In this document: piece by piece, positions 31,271 through 42,571 of the stretch | Layout: each line of letters starts with the position of its first letter | Position numbering within the stretch: the stretch's first letter is position 1 | NCBI GenBank assembly: GCA_963735805.1 | Contig: CAVTMK010000002.1 | Span: forward strand, 320,001-384,000 | Length of the DNA: 64,000 nt | Reading direction: 5' to 3' | Origin: an uncultured Verrucomicrobiae bacterium | GTDB taxonomy: Bacteria; Verrucomicrobiota; Verrucomicrobiia; Chthoniobacterales; UBA10450 | Made by a program: the position numbers and the translations under genes | The notes under the pieces: generated by a model | Database searches by the model: none | What the model saw: the letters and a program-made list of their open reading frames with translations, nothing else | What the model was told of the DNA's origin: nothing

Positions 31271-32386
31271 TTAATGTTTTAAGCCTTTGGTCTTTCCTTC
31301 CACCAGTCCTGCAGCTTCGCGATCCAGCGCGGCGTAATCGAGTTTGCGCGGCTGCAAATAAAATTCGTCAATGACGATCTGCACCAGCGCGGCGGCCGGG
31401 ACGGCGAGAAAAACGCCCAACAAACCGAACATCGTGGCCGTGGCAAGGGTAAAGAACAAAATGTTGACCGGATGGAGTCGCATCTCTTTGCCCAGCACAC
31501 CCGGCACAAGAACATTCAGCTCGACCTGGTAAACCAGCACGATCACGCCGAGAGCGAGCCAGAATTTGGTCGCGCCGAGACTCAACGCGACCAGCAGAAT
31601 GGGAATCGCAACGAGAAACGCGCCGATGTTTGGCAGAAATTCACCGAGAAACGCAAACACGCCAAACATCAGCGCAGGCTGGACGCCGATCAGCCATAAC
31701 GCGACGCCAATGGAGACGCCGGTAATAACGCCATTGATGGCGACACCGCGCGCCCAGGCGGTCATCTGTCGCATAAGCCTAACGAGAGTACGATGGGCTT
31801 GCGCGCGGTAGCGATCGGGCGCGAGCGCCAGGTATGCGGACACCAGCGGACGCGGGCTGGCCAGCACAAAGACCAGCAACAGAATAGCGAACACAAAGCT
31901 GGCGACGCCGCCGACCAGACCAATTGTGGACCGTAACAAAATGTTTCCCACTGTTCCGGCAGCTGCGCCGACTTTCCCGGCGATTTCATCGGTGCGCGGC
32001 AATGCCTGACGCACAGATGGATAATTTTTTGTGAGTGATTCGATGCGGGTGCGAACGCCTTGCCAGACTCCTGGCGCGTTGCGCATCAGTTCCTGGGTTT
32101 GTTTGGCCAGTGGCGGAATGGCAAAGACGATGATGGTGGTCGTAACGGTTAGCAGCGCAAGCACGAGCAGGATCACGCTGACAAAACGGGGAATGCGATG
32201 TTTTTCCAACCACACCACGATCGGGTTCAGAACCATCGCGAGAAGGAAAATCAGCGCGAATAGCAATATCACCGGTTCGAGCGAACGCACGATCAACCAG
32301 AAGACGATCAAGAGAAAAGCCAGCCAGACGACGCGCGATGCGCCGTGATAAGTCAGCGGCGCGTGCTGATCTTCGGATTCTTTCAT
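31271..32386 (-). CDS. AI-2E family transporter
   Basis: Multi-TM. 'LAMVLNPIVVWLE', 'EFLPNIGA', 'VLVPGVLGKEMRLHP', 'FGLLGVFLAVP'. Confidence 0.9.
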   Translation of the reverse strand: MKESEDQHAPLTYHGASRVVWLAFLLIVFWLIVRSLEPVILLFALIFLLAMVLNPIVVWLEKHRIPRFVSVILLVLALLTVTTTIIVFAIPPLAKQTQELMRNAPGVWQGVRTRIESLTKNYPSVRQALPRTDEIAGKVGAAAGTVGNILLRSTIGLVGGVASFVFAILLLVFVLASPRPLVSAYLALAPDRYRAQAHRTLVRLMRQMTAWARGVAINGVITGVSIGVALWLIGVQPALMFGVFAFLGEFLPNIGAFLVAIPILLVALSLGATKFWLALGVIVLVYQVELNVLVPGVLGKEMRLHPVNILFFTLATATMFGLLGVFLAVPAAALVQIVIDEFYLQPRKLDYAALDREAAGLVEGKTKGLKH

Positions 32387-32779
32387 GCGATGCGAATGCG
32401 ATCTTGGCGCTAGCGAGTCGCAATGACAAGAAAGAGTGATCGGAGTGGTGGAACGTCCGGCAGCTGCCGGACGGCTTGCCGCCTAATAATTATTTGCGCC
32501 TTTGGCGATCGGGTTTTCCCATCGGTCCGAGCTCTCCACTGCGAGTCTTCGACCGGACTGGCGTTTTCAGGAGAATCCGATCCACCTTGGCTCACCCAGC
32601 ACGACGGCAACTATATCTGCGGAGGCTGTACTCACGGCAGAAAGTTACCGGCCGTGGCCGGTGGTCGCCGCATTTGGAATTTATTGCATCCTGGAAGCGC
32701 CTCGACACCCACCACCGCGGGCAAGCTATGAGGCGGCTACTACTTTTCGGCGCGCGCGACCTGGTCACATCCCACCAAA

Positions 32780-34090
32780 TTACGGCAGTGTAGGACGCGG
32801 GTGCGGAGTCGGACGGGGCCTGGGTGTCGCCCTGGGCGTAGCACTAGGTGTAGAAGTGGGTGTTGGAGAGGGAGTAGCTGTTGCCGTTGGTGTCGGACTG
32901 GGTGTAGGCGTAGATGTAGGTGACGGTGTAGGGGTAGGCGTACCTGTAGTCGGGACCATCGCATAGGCGTGGGTCTCACCTTCGTGAACGCCTGTGCCAA
33001 CGATTATGTTATTCTCACTGATGGCGATGGCCGATGACGACGTGTTCATCGACAAGTCCCAGCCCGAGTTGGCGGGAATGAGATCCTGCAGGCGAAATGT
33101 GTTGGTTCCGTCATACAGGAAAGGAACGGCAAAGGCCCCGCCATCAGTGCCCACCGCCCAACCGGCTGAGTTCACACCCTGAGCTTCTCCTTCACTGGTA
33201 TCGGGCGCGAGCGGAATCGCAACCATTCCGTTGGCTTCCGACCAGATGAACGGCAATCCCGATCCTTGATTTTGCATGCTCGAGCCGACGACGTAGCCGC
33301 TGTTGCTCACACCGAAGTTGAGCGCTCCGTTGGCGCCTGGCAATGCGCCTACTTCAAAGGCCATGCTTTGCCCGATGTCATAAACAATCCCCACGTTGCG
33401 CGCGGCGTTTTGCGGATCGATACCCTGGCCAACGACCCGGCCCGAGTCGTTGACCCCGAACGCTGTGAGAAAGAAACTTCCGTTCGTTGTTGTTTGCGTA
33501 ATGATCGTCGCGATGCCGCCGCTATAGATCACGCCGCGTTGGTCGCTACCGGCATTGACAGAGCCGACCGCGACGTTTGAAGCGTTCACGGAGTTTGCGT
33601 CACCAAGTGTCTGGCCGGTTGGCAAAGGAAGCTGCGAAGCTACACCGTTCTGCCAGATCACCGGAAGCCGACCCGACCCGAATACCGTAGTTGCCCCGGT
33701 CCCAACAACGACGCCATTGTCATTCGCGCTGTTGGAAACGCAGAAATTGCGGCCGGTCAGGTCTGGCAGACCAACGATGCCTCCGTTTTGGGTCCAGCTG
33801 AACGCATGGCTTCCATCGTTGCGCACTGAACGGCCAACTGCAATTCCGGCGGGAGACACTCCAAAACCCTGCGAAAAGCTATCACCCATGTCGACAACGC
33901 CAATGTCAAAAATCTGATACTGAGGCGGAGCACCTGTTGGCGCATGCCGGGCGCTGACCCCGGTTTTTCTCATTAACGTGGTGCTATTGCCAGCTGTTAC
34001 GGTTGTGGCCCAGAATGCAATTGCCAGGGTGCCTAAAACGGCTGCGGCAATCGCGCCAAACGTGAACTTTGATGCAGTTGTGATTTTCAT
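32780..34090 (-). CDS. Exported HAF-repeat beta-propeller protein with tail
   Basis: Repeats 'A.GVN.SG.VVG', 'HAFSWT', 'HAYAM'. Ends '[18 protein letters not shown]'. Confidence 0.82.
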   Translation of the reverse strand: MKITTASKFTFGAIAAAVLGTLAIAFWATTVTAGNSTTLMRKTGVSARHAPTGAPPQYQIFDIGVVDMGDSFSQGFGVSPAGIAVGRSVRNDGSHAFSWTQNGGIVGLPDLTGRNFCVSNSANDNGVVVGTGATTVFGSGRLPVIWQNGVASQLPLPTGQTLGDANSVNASNVAVGSVNAGSDQRGVIYSGGIATIITQTTTNGSFFLTAFGVNDSGRVVGQGIDPQNAARNVGIVYDIGQSMAFEVGALPGANGALNFGVSNSGYVVGSSMQNQGSGLPFIWSEANGMVAIPLAPDTSEGEAQGVNSAGWAVGTDGGAFAVPFLYDGTNTFRLQDLIPANSGWDLSMNTSSSAIAISENNIIVGTGVHEGETHAYAMVPTTGTPTPTPSPTSTPTPSPTPTATATPSPTPTSTPSATPRATPRPRPTPHPRPTLP

Positions 34091-34180
34091 TTTAGCCTTG
34101 GGTTGTTTGCAACATTTTGAAGTCGCAAGGTTTCATAATCGGTTCGTCCACTATTTCAACTTTTTAAGTCTCGTACTCTT

Positions 34181-35686
34181 TTATGAGTGCGGCGTCGGAC
34201 GAGGATGTGGAGCTGGACGAGATCTTGGTGTAGGTATGGGTCTTGGTGAAGGTGTCGGCGTTGGAGTAGGTGTAGCGCTCGGCGTTGGAGACGGTGTGGG
34301 AGTCACCCCGGACTGCACCTCGAAAGAGCCGATGTCGAGGCGGCCACTCACTACGCGATCAAATCCCGGTCCGCGTTGATCGAATTGAGGGGGCGGAGTA
34401 AAGCCAGGCTCGCCGGCGTCAATTGCCGGGCTGCCTTTTAACAGCTTGTGGGTGAAGGTAGGACCGCCATTGTCCTGCAATGGACCGAGCAGCGGGTCGG
34501 TATTGATCTGGTCACCAGGACCTGTTAGAAGACCGCCGGCATCGTCACTGCTAAGGTTGTAGCCTTCCGATGTGACCGTTCCCCGGTCGTTGAAAATAGT
34601 TCCTCCCGGGGTTCCGGCCTTGAGAATTGTGTTTGCTAAATCAGTCGTCGCATCGGTTCCGAGTACACCAAAATTATGGATGCTACCGCCCGACAACTGA
34701 GCCGAGTTGTCGGCGAGTGTGCTGTTCTCGATTTGTAGAGTTGCATCGCCGAAGGCGCCAGAATTGTACACACCGCCGCCGTCATTGGTGGCCGAATTTC
34801 CGCTCAGCGTGCTGTTGACGATTTGTACATGTGCGACTCCCAGTGCCATCCCGTCGTTGTAGATCCCGCCACCGTTTGCTTGAGAGGAATTGTCGCTGAG
34901 TGTGCAATTATCAACCTCCACTATGGCGTCGCCTTTTTTACCGTTAAAGGTATTGCCCAAGTTGTAGATGCCGCCACCGCCATTACCGTCCGCTGAGTTA
35001 AGGCTAACTGTCGAATTGTTCAGTGTAAGGTGGGCATGATCATTGTAGATACCGCCGCCGTCGGCGATCACCGAGTTGTTACTAACAACGGTGGTCGTGA
35101 CCTCCAGCGTTGCCGTGCCGGTATTCCCGTCACTAAAAATGGCGCCGCCACTGAACGCGGAATTCTTAATAAACGTGCTGTCATTGATCACTACACTTGC
35201 GCTTCCGAAGGAACCGTCACTAAAGATCCCGCCGCCCCTGTTGTCTGAGGCATTCGCACTGACTATACAGGTGCTGAGCGTCAGCGTCGCATGGTCGTTG
35301 TAGACACCGCCACCGACGTCGTCAGGAAAAATGCAACAGGCATTGCCGTTCGTAATCGTCAGACCAGAAATTATGACCGTTATGCCGGAACTGATGTGAA
35401 ACACTCGGCTGTTAGCATTGCCGTCTACAGACAGGTTATCTGCCCCGGGTCCTGAAATGGTGATGCTCTTGTTAACGAGCAACTCGCCACTGTTTAAGCG
35501 GATGGTGCCAGTTACTGAGAAGTCGATCGTGTCGCCATCATTTGCATCAGCGAGTGCCTGGCGGAGCGAACCTGGACCGTTGTCGTTGGTATTAGTGACA
35601 GTGATCGTGTCAGCGTGCAGACCAACGGCCAATGCGAAGAATAGCATCGCGACAATCGTGGATTTGATATTCGACGTGATCCCCAT
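34181..35686 (-). CDS. Exported right-handed beta-helix protein with choice-of-anchor-Q-like domain and tail
   Basis: 'VTNTNDNGPGSLRQA', GGGIYN repeats, 'DPLLGPLQDNGGPT.TH.L..GSPAIDAG..DQRG..DIGSFE'. Ends 'PRSRPAPHPRPTPHS'. Confidence 0.85.
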   Translation of the reverse strand: MGITSNIKSTIVAMLFFALAVGLHADTITVTNTNDNGPGSLRQALADANDGDTIDFSVTGTIRLNSGELLVNKSITISGPGADNLSVDGNANSRVFHISSGITVIISGLTITNGNACCIFPDDVGGGVYNDHATLTLSTCIVSANASDNRGGGIFSDGSFGSASVVINDSTFIKNSAFSGGAIFSDGNTGTATLEVTTTVVSNNSVIADGGGIYNDHAHLTLNNSTVSLNSADGNGGGGIYNLGNTFNGKKGDAIVEVDNCTLSDNSSQANGGGIYNDGMALGVAHVQIVNSTLSGNSATNDGGGVYNSGAFGDATLQIENSTLADNSAQLSGGSIHNFGVLGTDATTDLANTILKAGTPGGTIFNDRGTVTSEGYNLSSDDAGGLLTGPGDQINTDPLLGPLQDNGGPTFTHKLLKGSPAIDAGEPGFTPPPQFDQRGPGFDRVVSGRLDIGSFEVQSGVTPTPSPTPSATPTPTPTPSPRPIPTPRSRPAPHPRPTPHS

Positions 35687-35749
35687 TTTGTTCAGTGTTT
35701 ATCTCGGAAGTTTACTGATGCTCGTCACTAATCACTCGTCACAGTTCTT

Positions 35750-37294
35750 CTACGGGGTTGTCGGGCGAGGGTGCGGACTCGGTCGAGTTCTGGGGACGGG
35801 TTTACCCCTGGGCGTCGGAATAGGACGCGGAGTGGAGGTTGGAGTGACGCTAGCTGTTGCCGTAGCCGTGGGAGAAGGCGTGGCGATCGGCGTTGATGAC
35901 GGTGTAGGTGTAGGCGTGACCACAGGTGTAGGTGAAGGCGTTGGAGAAGGCGTGGCGATCGGCGTAGATGTAGGTGTAGGCGTGGGTGAAGGTCCCTGGG
36001 CACTCGTGATTCGATATAGCACGCTCTGGTTGGCATTGTAATCCACCAGATAGAGTTCCCCTGTTTCGTCTTCGCCAAAGGTGCTGATAGCAAACCCAGC
36101 AACGAGCAGTTCCTGGCTTTCCCAGGTGCCATTGACCTGTTGAACAGCGCCCCAGATGCGGCCGGTGCAGAAATCGGCGTAGAAGTAGATGCCTTCGAGG
36201 TCCGGATAGCTTTGCCCGTGGTAACGGTAGCCGCCGGTTATCGAACAACCGAGACTGTGGTTGTATTCGAGGATCGGAAGAGTCGAGCCACCATTCAGGA
36301 AATCATCACAGCTTCCCGGTGGATCATCGTTGTAGCAGTGCGTTGCTTCGAGCACGCTCCAGCCGTAGTTTTCTCCTCCGCTACTCGCCGCCGGTTGGAA
36401 GTTAACCTCTTCCCAGGTGTCCTGACCGACGTCGGCGATAAAAAAATCGCCTGTGACTCGGTCGAAGGAACAGCGCCATGGGTTGCGAAGGCCGTAGGCC
36501 CAGATCTCATCCAACCCGGGACCGCTGACAAACGGATTATCAGGCGGCACGGCGTAGTTGCGATTCGGATCGCCCGGAAAATCATCGCCGTCAATGTCCA
36601 CGCGCAGGACCTTGCCCAGCCAGGTTTCGAGATCCTGTGCGGTTCGGAACGGATCTCCACAACATCCGCCGTCGCCTATGGAAATATAAAGGTACCCATC
36701 AGGACCGAATGCGAGTTGTCCGCCGTTGTGGTCGCCACCTGGCTGACTTTGAGTCAGGACTATTTGCGCAGAATCTGGATCAGCCACGTTCGGGTCGGCA
36801 GCGGAAACGTGGTAGCGGGCAACGACTGTGGTACCGTCGTTGACGCTGGTGTAATCGACGTAGAAGAATCCATTTGAGGCGTAATCGGGATGGAAAGCCA
36901 GGCCGAGCAACCCGTGTTCGGCGGTCTGGCCTACCAAGTCAGAAATATCCAGGAAAGGGGTAGGAAGCACCGAGCCGTTGATCAAGATGAGGATTTGTCC
37001 TGTCTCCTGCACGATAAATATCCGGCCACTACCGTCGCCGGCATTGGTGACGGTAGTCGGCTCCGTAAGACCGGAGACAACCTGCTCCAACTGAATCGTG
37101 GGCAAAGGGCCGCGCCTTTGCGTTAAACTGTTACGTCGTCCCAGCGCCCCGCTCGCGAAAGTTTTTGGCGTGAAATCGCTAAAGGAGCTAGCGGTGACTA
37201 GGAGCGCCAAAAAAAGGCCGGTCAGAAAAGTGAAGAGAACGATCAAAGACCGGACGCTGAAAAATCCGCATGCCGATCTGACTTTCTTTTTCAT
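35750..37294 (-). CDS. PQQ-dependent sugar dehydrogenase (GSDH family) with tail
   Basis: '[11 protein letters not shown]', '[22 protein letters not shown]', '[12 protein letters not shown]', 'SITGG'. Ends '[14 protein letters not shown]'. Confidence 0.88.
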   Translation of the reverse strand: MKKKVRSACGFFSVRSLIVLFTFLTGLFLALLVTASSFSDFTPKTFASGALGRRNSLTQRRGPLPTIQLEQVVSGLTEPTTVTNAGDGSGRIFIVQETGQILILINGSVLPTPFLDISDLVGQTAEHGLLGLAFHPDYASNGFFYVDYTSVNDGTTVVARYHVSAADPNVADPDSAQIVLTQSQPGGDHNGGQLAFGPDGYLYISIGDGGCCGDPFRTAQDLETWLGKVLRVDIDGDDFPGDPNRNYAVPPDNPFVSGPGLDEIWAYGLRNPWRCSFDRVTGDFFIADVGQDTWEEVNFQPAASSGGENYGWSVLEATHCYNDDPPGSCDDFLNGGSTLPILEYNHSLGCSITGGYRYHGQSYPDLEGIYFYADFCTGRIWGAVQQVNGTWESQELLVAGFAISTFGEDETGELYLVDYNANQSVLYRITSAQGPSPTPTPTSTPIATPSPTPSPTPVVTPTPTPSSTPIATPSPTATATASVTPTSTPRPIPTPRGKPVPRTRPSPHPRPTTP

Positions 37295-37535
37295 AGGTAG
37301 CCTTCTTGTTGATGGGTTTTTACTCTATTTGCCTGGGCATTTCTCTTGTAGCAGAAGCAAACGAAGATAACGAAGGTTTTCTTGCGAGCAGCGACAGAGC
37401 AGAATCTTTGTTTGCTTTGCCTGCTCGCGAAGCCGGGTAAAGCTATGGTTTGTTCGGGATGTCGGTGAACAGAATCACGGATCGCCCGCCTTCGGTTGCC
37501 GCGGCGACATACGGTGGCGAGCCGGGGAATTAGAG

Positions 37536-38869
37536 TTACCGCGGTGTAGGACGCGGGTGCGGAGTCGGACGCGGTCTCGGTGTTGCTCTTGGTGTAGCGG
37601 TAGGTGTTGGAGTGACGCTCGGAGTCGAAGTAGGGTTAGGGGTAGGGTAGGTGTTGGCGTTACTGTAGGTGTCGGAGTCGGTGTAGGTCCATTGTACAGT
37701 TCCGTGCTTGTGTTGATGGTCGGAAAATCTGATCCTCCTGCAGCGAGGACCATTCCATTGGAAAGGAAGCTCGCCGTATGTCGCGCCCTTGGGGTGTTAA
37801 GGCTACCTGTGAATGTCCATGTTCCGCTGGTCGGATCGTAAAGTTCCGCACTCGATAAGATAAAGCCGGTCGTATCAAATCCTGCCGCGGCAACGGTCTT
37901 GCCATTGGCTAACAGGGTTGCGGTATGCCCGGCGCGGCCTGTGTTGAGGTTGCCGGTGGCCGTCCACGTTCCCGTCGTTGAGTCGTACAGTTCCGCCGTC
38001 TGAGACGCGTTGCCGCCGTCTTCAAATCCACCTGCGACAAGTACCGTCCCATTGGTTAACAAGGTTGCGGTATGAGCGTAACGCGCGGTATTCAGATCGC
38101 CTGTGTCCGTCCATGTGCCGCTGGCCGGGTCGTAAAGTTCCGCGGTGTCGGACGCACTTTGACTGGTATCAGCTCCGCCCGCGACCAGGACCATTCCATT
38201 AGGAAGCAAAGTCGCCGTGTGCAGATTGCGTGCTGTATTGAGATCGCCTGTTTCCGTCCATGTTCCACTGACCGGGTCGTAAAGTTCCGCGGTCACGGAA
38301 GCAGTGAACGTGATATCCGTTCCCGCGGCAACGAGCACTTCCCCGCTGGGTAGTAAAGTTGCTGTGTGTTCGGTGCGTTCGTGGTTGAGGGTGCCCGTAG
38401 CTGTCCAGGTGCCGGTGCCTGGGTCGTATAACTCAGCCGTCACTGTAGCATTGCCGGTGCTGTCACTACCTCCGGCGACGAGCACCTTCCCGTTGTCTAA
38501 CAAAGTTGCTGTCTGCTCGTAACGCGCGGTGATGAGATTACCTGTGGCTGTCCAAGTGCCGGTAGTCGGATCGTAGAGTTCGGCGCTTCCTGTAGCGTGA
38601 AAATTGTTATCAAGTCCGCCTGCAACCAGCACCATTCCGTTAGGCAGCACAGTCGCCGTATGGAGAAAGCGTCCAGTGTTAAGGCTACCGGTCTCCGTCC
38701 ACGTTCCGCCTTCTACGTGCGACGGCGTCCCGGAAATTCTCTTGCTGACAACTCCATGACGCTGTCCAAGCGCTCGCGGCATCACCTGGATCAAGAGAAG
38801 GAGCACGACAACGAAAGACGCGACGCAGGGGAGAGTTGTGACGACAACCGTGGTTCTGTGCTTTTTCAT
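37536..38869 (-). CDS. Exported 7-bladed Kelch-repeat protein; one frameshift near 37645 in the PT linker
   Basis: Seven 'HTATLL.NG.VLVAGG...AELYDP' repeats. Adding one C gives '...[19 protein letters not shown]'. Confidence 0.82.
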
Positions 38870-38937
38870 TTTAAATTATCCTAGTTAATATTTCTTTAGT
38901 CTTTGGGAAGTAAGCTCATCGCAGCAGAGTGGCACGC

Positions 38938-41900
38938 TCAAGGCGGTGTTGGACGAGGGTGAGGACCGGGGCGCGACCTTGGTGTCGGTCTAACCCTTGG
39001 TGTAGCAGTAGGTGGCGGAGTAACCGTTGGTGTGCCGGTAGGACTCGGAGTAGGAGTGACCGTTGGTGTAGGTGTTACGCTTGGAGTTGGTGTTGGCGTT
39101 GGGCCGGATTGAGCGCAGTATCGCCCACCGGTGTCTGTAACAGTATCGAAGCTATCCAATGCTCCTCCCCAGACAATCATTTCACTCCCATTCCACACCG
39201 CGGTGTGACCTTGTCGGCCTGCCGGAGCGTTGGCAGTCGTTGTGGGTGTCCAGCTATCCGTGCCGGGATCATATTTTCCGCCAGTGTCGAAGGTTTCCGA
39301 GTTACCAAATCCTCCCCAGGCGATCATTTCAATACCCGTCCAGATTGCCGTGTGAGAGTATCGTCTGTCGGGGGCGTTAGTGGTGCTCGTCGCTGTCCAA
39401 CTATCCAAGCTGGGATTGTATATCCCACCGCTGTCAAACGCGCCACCAAAGCCATTCCCGCCACCCCAGACGATCATTTCATCGTCGGTCCAGACTGCCG
39501 TGTGGAGCTCTCGCGCTTCAGGCGCGTTGGTCGTGCTGGTCGGCGTCCAACTGTCCATACCTGGGTTGTACCTCCCGCCTGTGTTCAAACATACGAAGCC
39601 ATTGTTTAGACCAGCCCAGACAATCATTTCACTGCCAGTCCAGACTGCCGTGTGGAGCTCTCGGCCTTCAGGCGCGTTGGTCGTGTTAGTGGGCGTCCAA
39701 CTGTCCATAACCGGGTCGTATCTCCCGCCCGAGTTGAGAAAAAAGGGACCGGAATTTTCTCCACCCCATATAATCATTTCGCCGCCGTTCCAGACCGCCG
39801 TGTGAGAATCTCGGGGCTCAGGCGCGTTAGTAGTGCTTGTGGCCGTCCAGCTATCCGTGTTTGCGTTGTATCTGCCGCCGGTGTCAAAAAAATTGAGGCT
39901 TCCATCTCCTCCACCCCACACGATCATTTCAGTGCCGGTCCAGATACTGGTGTGGCGGGATCGGGCACTGGGCGCGTTGGTTGCACTGGTAGCCCTCCAA
40001 CTGTCTGTGCTGAGATCGTATATTCCTCCGGTGTCGAAGTAATTCATGCCATCCGATCCGCCCCAAATGATCATCTCGCTACCAGTCCACACTGCGGTGT
40101 GACTAACACGTTTCGACGGCGCATTGTTAGTACCGGTGTTCGTCCAAGTATCCGTTACAGGGTCATATCTTCCACCGGTATTCAGATCCAGGGCGCTACG
40201 TTTCCCTCCCCATACAACCATTTCACTACCAGTCCAGACTGCGGTATGCAATTGCCTGGGCTCAGGCGAATTGGTGGTGCTGGTCGCTGTCCAACTATTC
40301 GTTCCGGGATCATACCTACCGCCATTGTTTAAATCGCCGCTGCCTCCAAATCCGCCCCATACAATCATTTCACTGCCACTCCACACTGAGGTGTGACTAA
40401 TTCGCGGATCCGGCGCGTTTACCACGCTTGTGGCAACCCAACTGTCCGTCTTGGGGTTGTATTTTCCGCCGGTGTTTGAAAGGTTGTTTACGTCCTGTCC
40501 GCCCCAGACGATCATCTCGGTCTGGGTCCATACGGCCGTGTGAGAGTATCGTCCAACAGGAGCGTCTGTGATGTCGGTAGCTGTCCACGTGTCCGTGTCG
40601 GGCGTATACTTGCCTCCTGTGTTGAAAACACCCCCGATTCCTTCGCCTCCCCATACAATCATTTCTGTCCCGGTCCAGACCGCCGTGTGCTGATACCGAC
40701 CACTAGGTGCAGTTGTGGTATTAGTAACTGTCCAACTGTCCGTATTCGGGTCATATCTGCCACCAGTGTTAAGAAAATTGCTACCATCATAGCCACCCCA
40801 TACGATCATCTCATTGCCGCTCCAAATTGTCGTGTGCAACTCTCGGCCGCTGGGCGCGTCAACCGTGCTAGTGGCTGTCCAGTTATTCGTATCTGGATTA
40901 TATCTGCCACCGCTGTTGAGCCGATTGAAATTTTCATTTGTACCGCCCCAGACGATCATTTCGCTGCCTGTCCATACCGCGGTGTGATTAGCTCGGGCTA
41001 TAGGTGAATTCGCGCTGCTGATCGGCAGCCAGGTATCGGTGCTGGGATTGTATCTGCCGCCCGTGTTCAAAAAGATAAACGGACCATAGCGTCCACCCCA
41101 AATGATCATTTCTGTGCCAGTCCACACAGCTGTCTGCGAATCCCGGTCAAACGGTGGACCGGCGGTTGCGGTCCAGGTATCATCAAGACATCCGCCGTCT
41201 GATATTTTCGGAAGCGTATAGCTGCCACACGGCGTTGACACCACAGGAGGCGCATGGCTTTCCGCTTTGACGGTCCACAACGTTAACGGCTCCTTAGGCC
41301 ATGAAACTGTAGCTAGCTTTAGGCGGTCATTGCCTTTCTCGATTACTGCCGTCGCATAGTAACGGCTCTCGTCTTCCTGCAATGAGCTTAGTGTTCCTAT
41401 GGGTATGGCGTCGGAAGGTTCGGCGACAGCGTTGTTAGTCTGCTCCGAGCTGTTGTAGCCGCCTCGCTGCGTCGAGGCGCTTGCGGTTCTGTTGCGCCTG
41501 CGACCACGGCGACATTCGCCGCGGCGAACGAGCTGTGCCGTGGCTACAACGCCCCGCGTTCACGCGATTGCTTCCAGTGCTGTCGAAGATTGCAGCTAGC
41601 CTGTGCACGGTTTCGTCCCATTCATGGGGGCTTAGTTTGACACTGCGTGTCCAATTCTGCCGTTGTAGGGCAGCCGCTCCGCCTGCGAATTGTTCATTCG
41701 GCAAGCGACGCGCTTGCCCTACAGATTCCCCGATGTCGCTTCTGACAAATTCAATTTCGTTGTATTTGCCACTAAGCTGGTTCATCTGCGCGATCCCGCG
41801 GCCGCGGGACGCCTGCAAATCAGCTTCCGCCCGATGCTTTAGCTCGCCATGAATCCTCTGGTCGTAAGCATACCAGTTCGTTAACAGACGCTCAGCTAAG

Positions 41901-42394
41901 GCGGGCCTTGCCAGGCACTCAGCAATGACAAAAGGATCGTTATCCAACGCGTCGAAGAGTTCCTGTAACACTTCGGGCTGCTTGGTGTGTTTTGCCATGC
42001 GATCCATCTCAGCCTGTAACTGCTCGGCAGTGATGGGCCGTTGCCAATAATCCTCCAGTGCTTGCGAGGTGTGCAGATACTCTCTGACCTTCTTTTCAAG
42101 CTGTGCCTGTGACATGACCGCATCGAGTGACGGCTTGGGATTGAGATTCTCCCCGCGATTGCGGGGCCAGATGCGATGACGCCAGTAAACGTCTTCAATG
42201 GCGCGTTGATAAGACACACGCTCTTCGAACGTGAGTGTTCTATTTGAGTTGGTCGCAGGCGGTTGAGAATGGACGAATACGGGTCCCGATCTTGCCGGGA
42301 TTACGATGAAACAAATTATGGCTACGCAAAAAAGGAGAGCTATAAGGGCGCGTAAATTAAGGAAGCCGAAGCGAGAACCGGATATCTTTGGCAT
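38938..42394 (-). CDS. Exported protein with a helical N-domain, 14 Kelch-like (HTAVWTGxEMIVWGG) repeats and tail; frameshift at about 41450-41600
   Basis: ORFs 41435-42394 and 38938-41382 join through the frame 'STQRGGYNSSEQ...IPIGTLSSLQEDE'. 14 repeats counted. Ends '[14 protein letters not shown]'. Confidence 0.78.
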
Positions 42395-42571
42395 GCAAGT
42401 GGATGAAGTCGGCGTTCCTCGTAACTGGTACGGCGAAAGGTGTCAATGCTTTTCACGTTTCTCGGATTTTCCTAAAGCACTGACAGTGACGTGAAGGTAG
42501 CGGCGCACGGCGGCAATGCTCTGCCGTAGCCTGTTATAGATCACTTCTTACCGATCGCTCGAGATCGGGGG

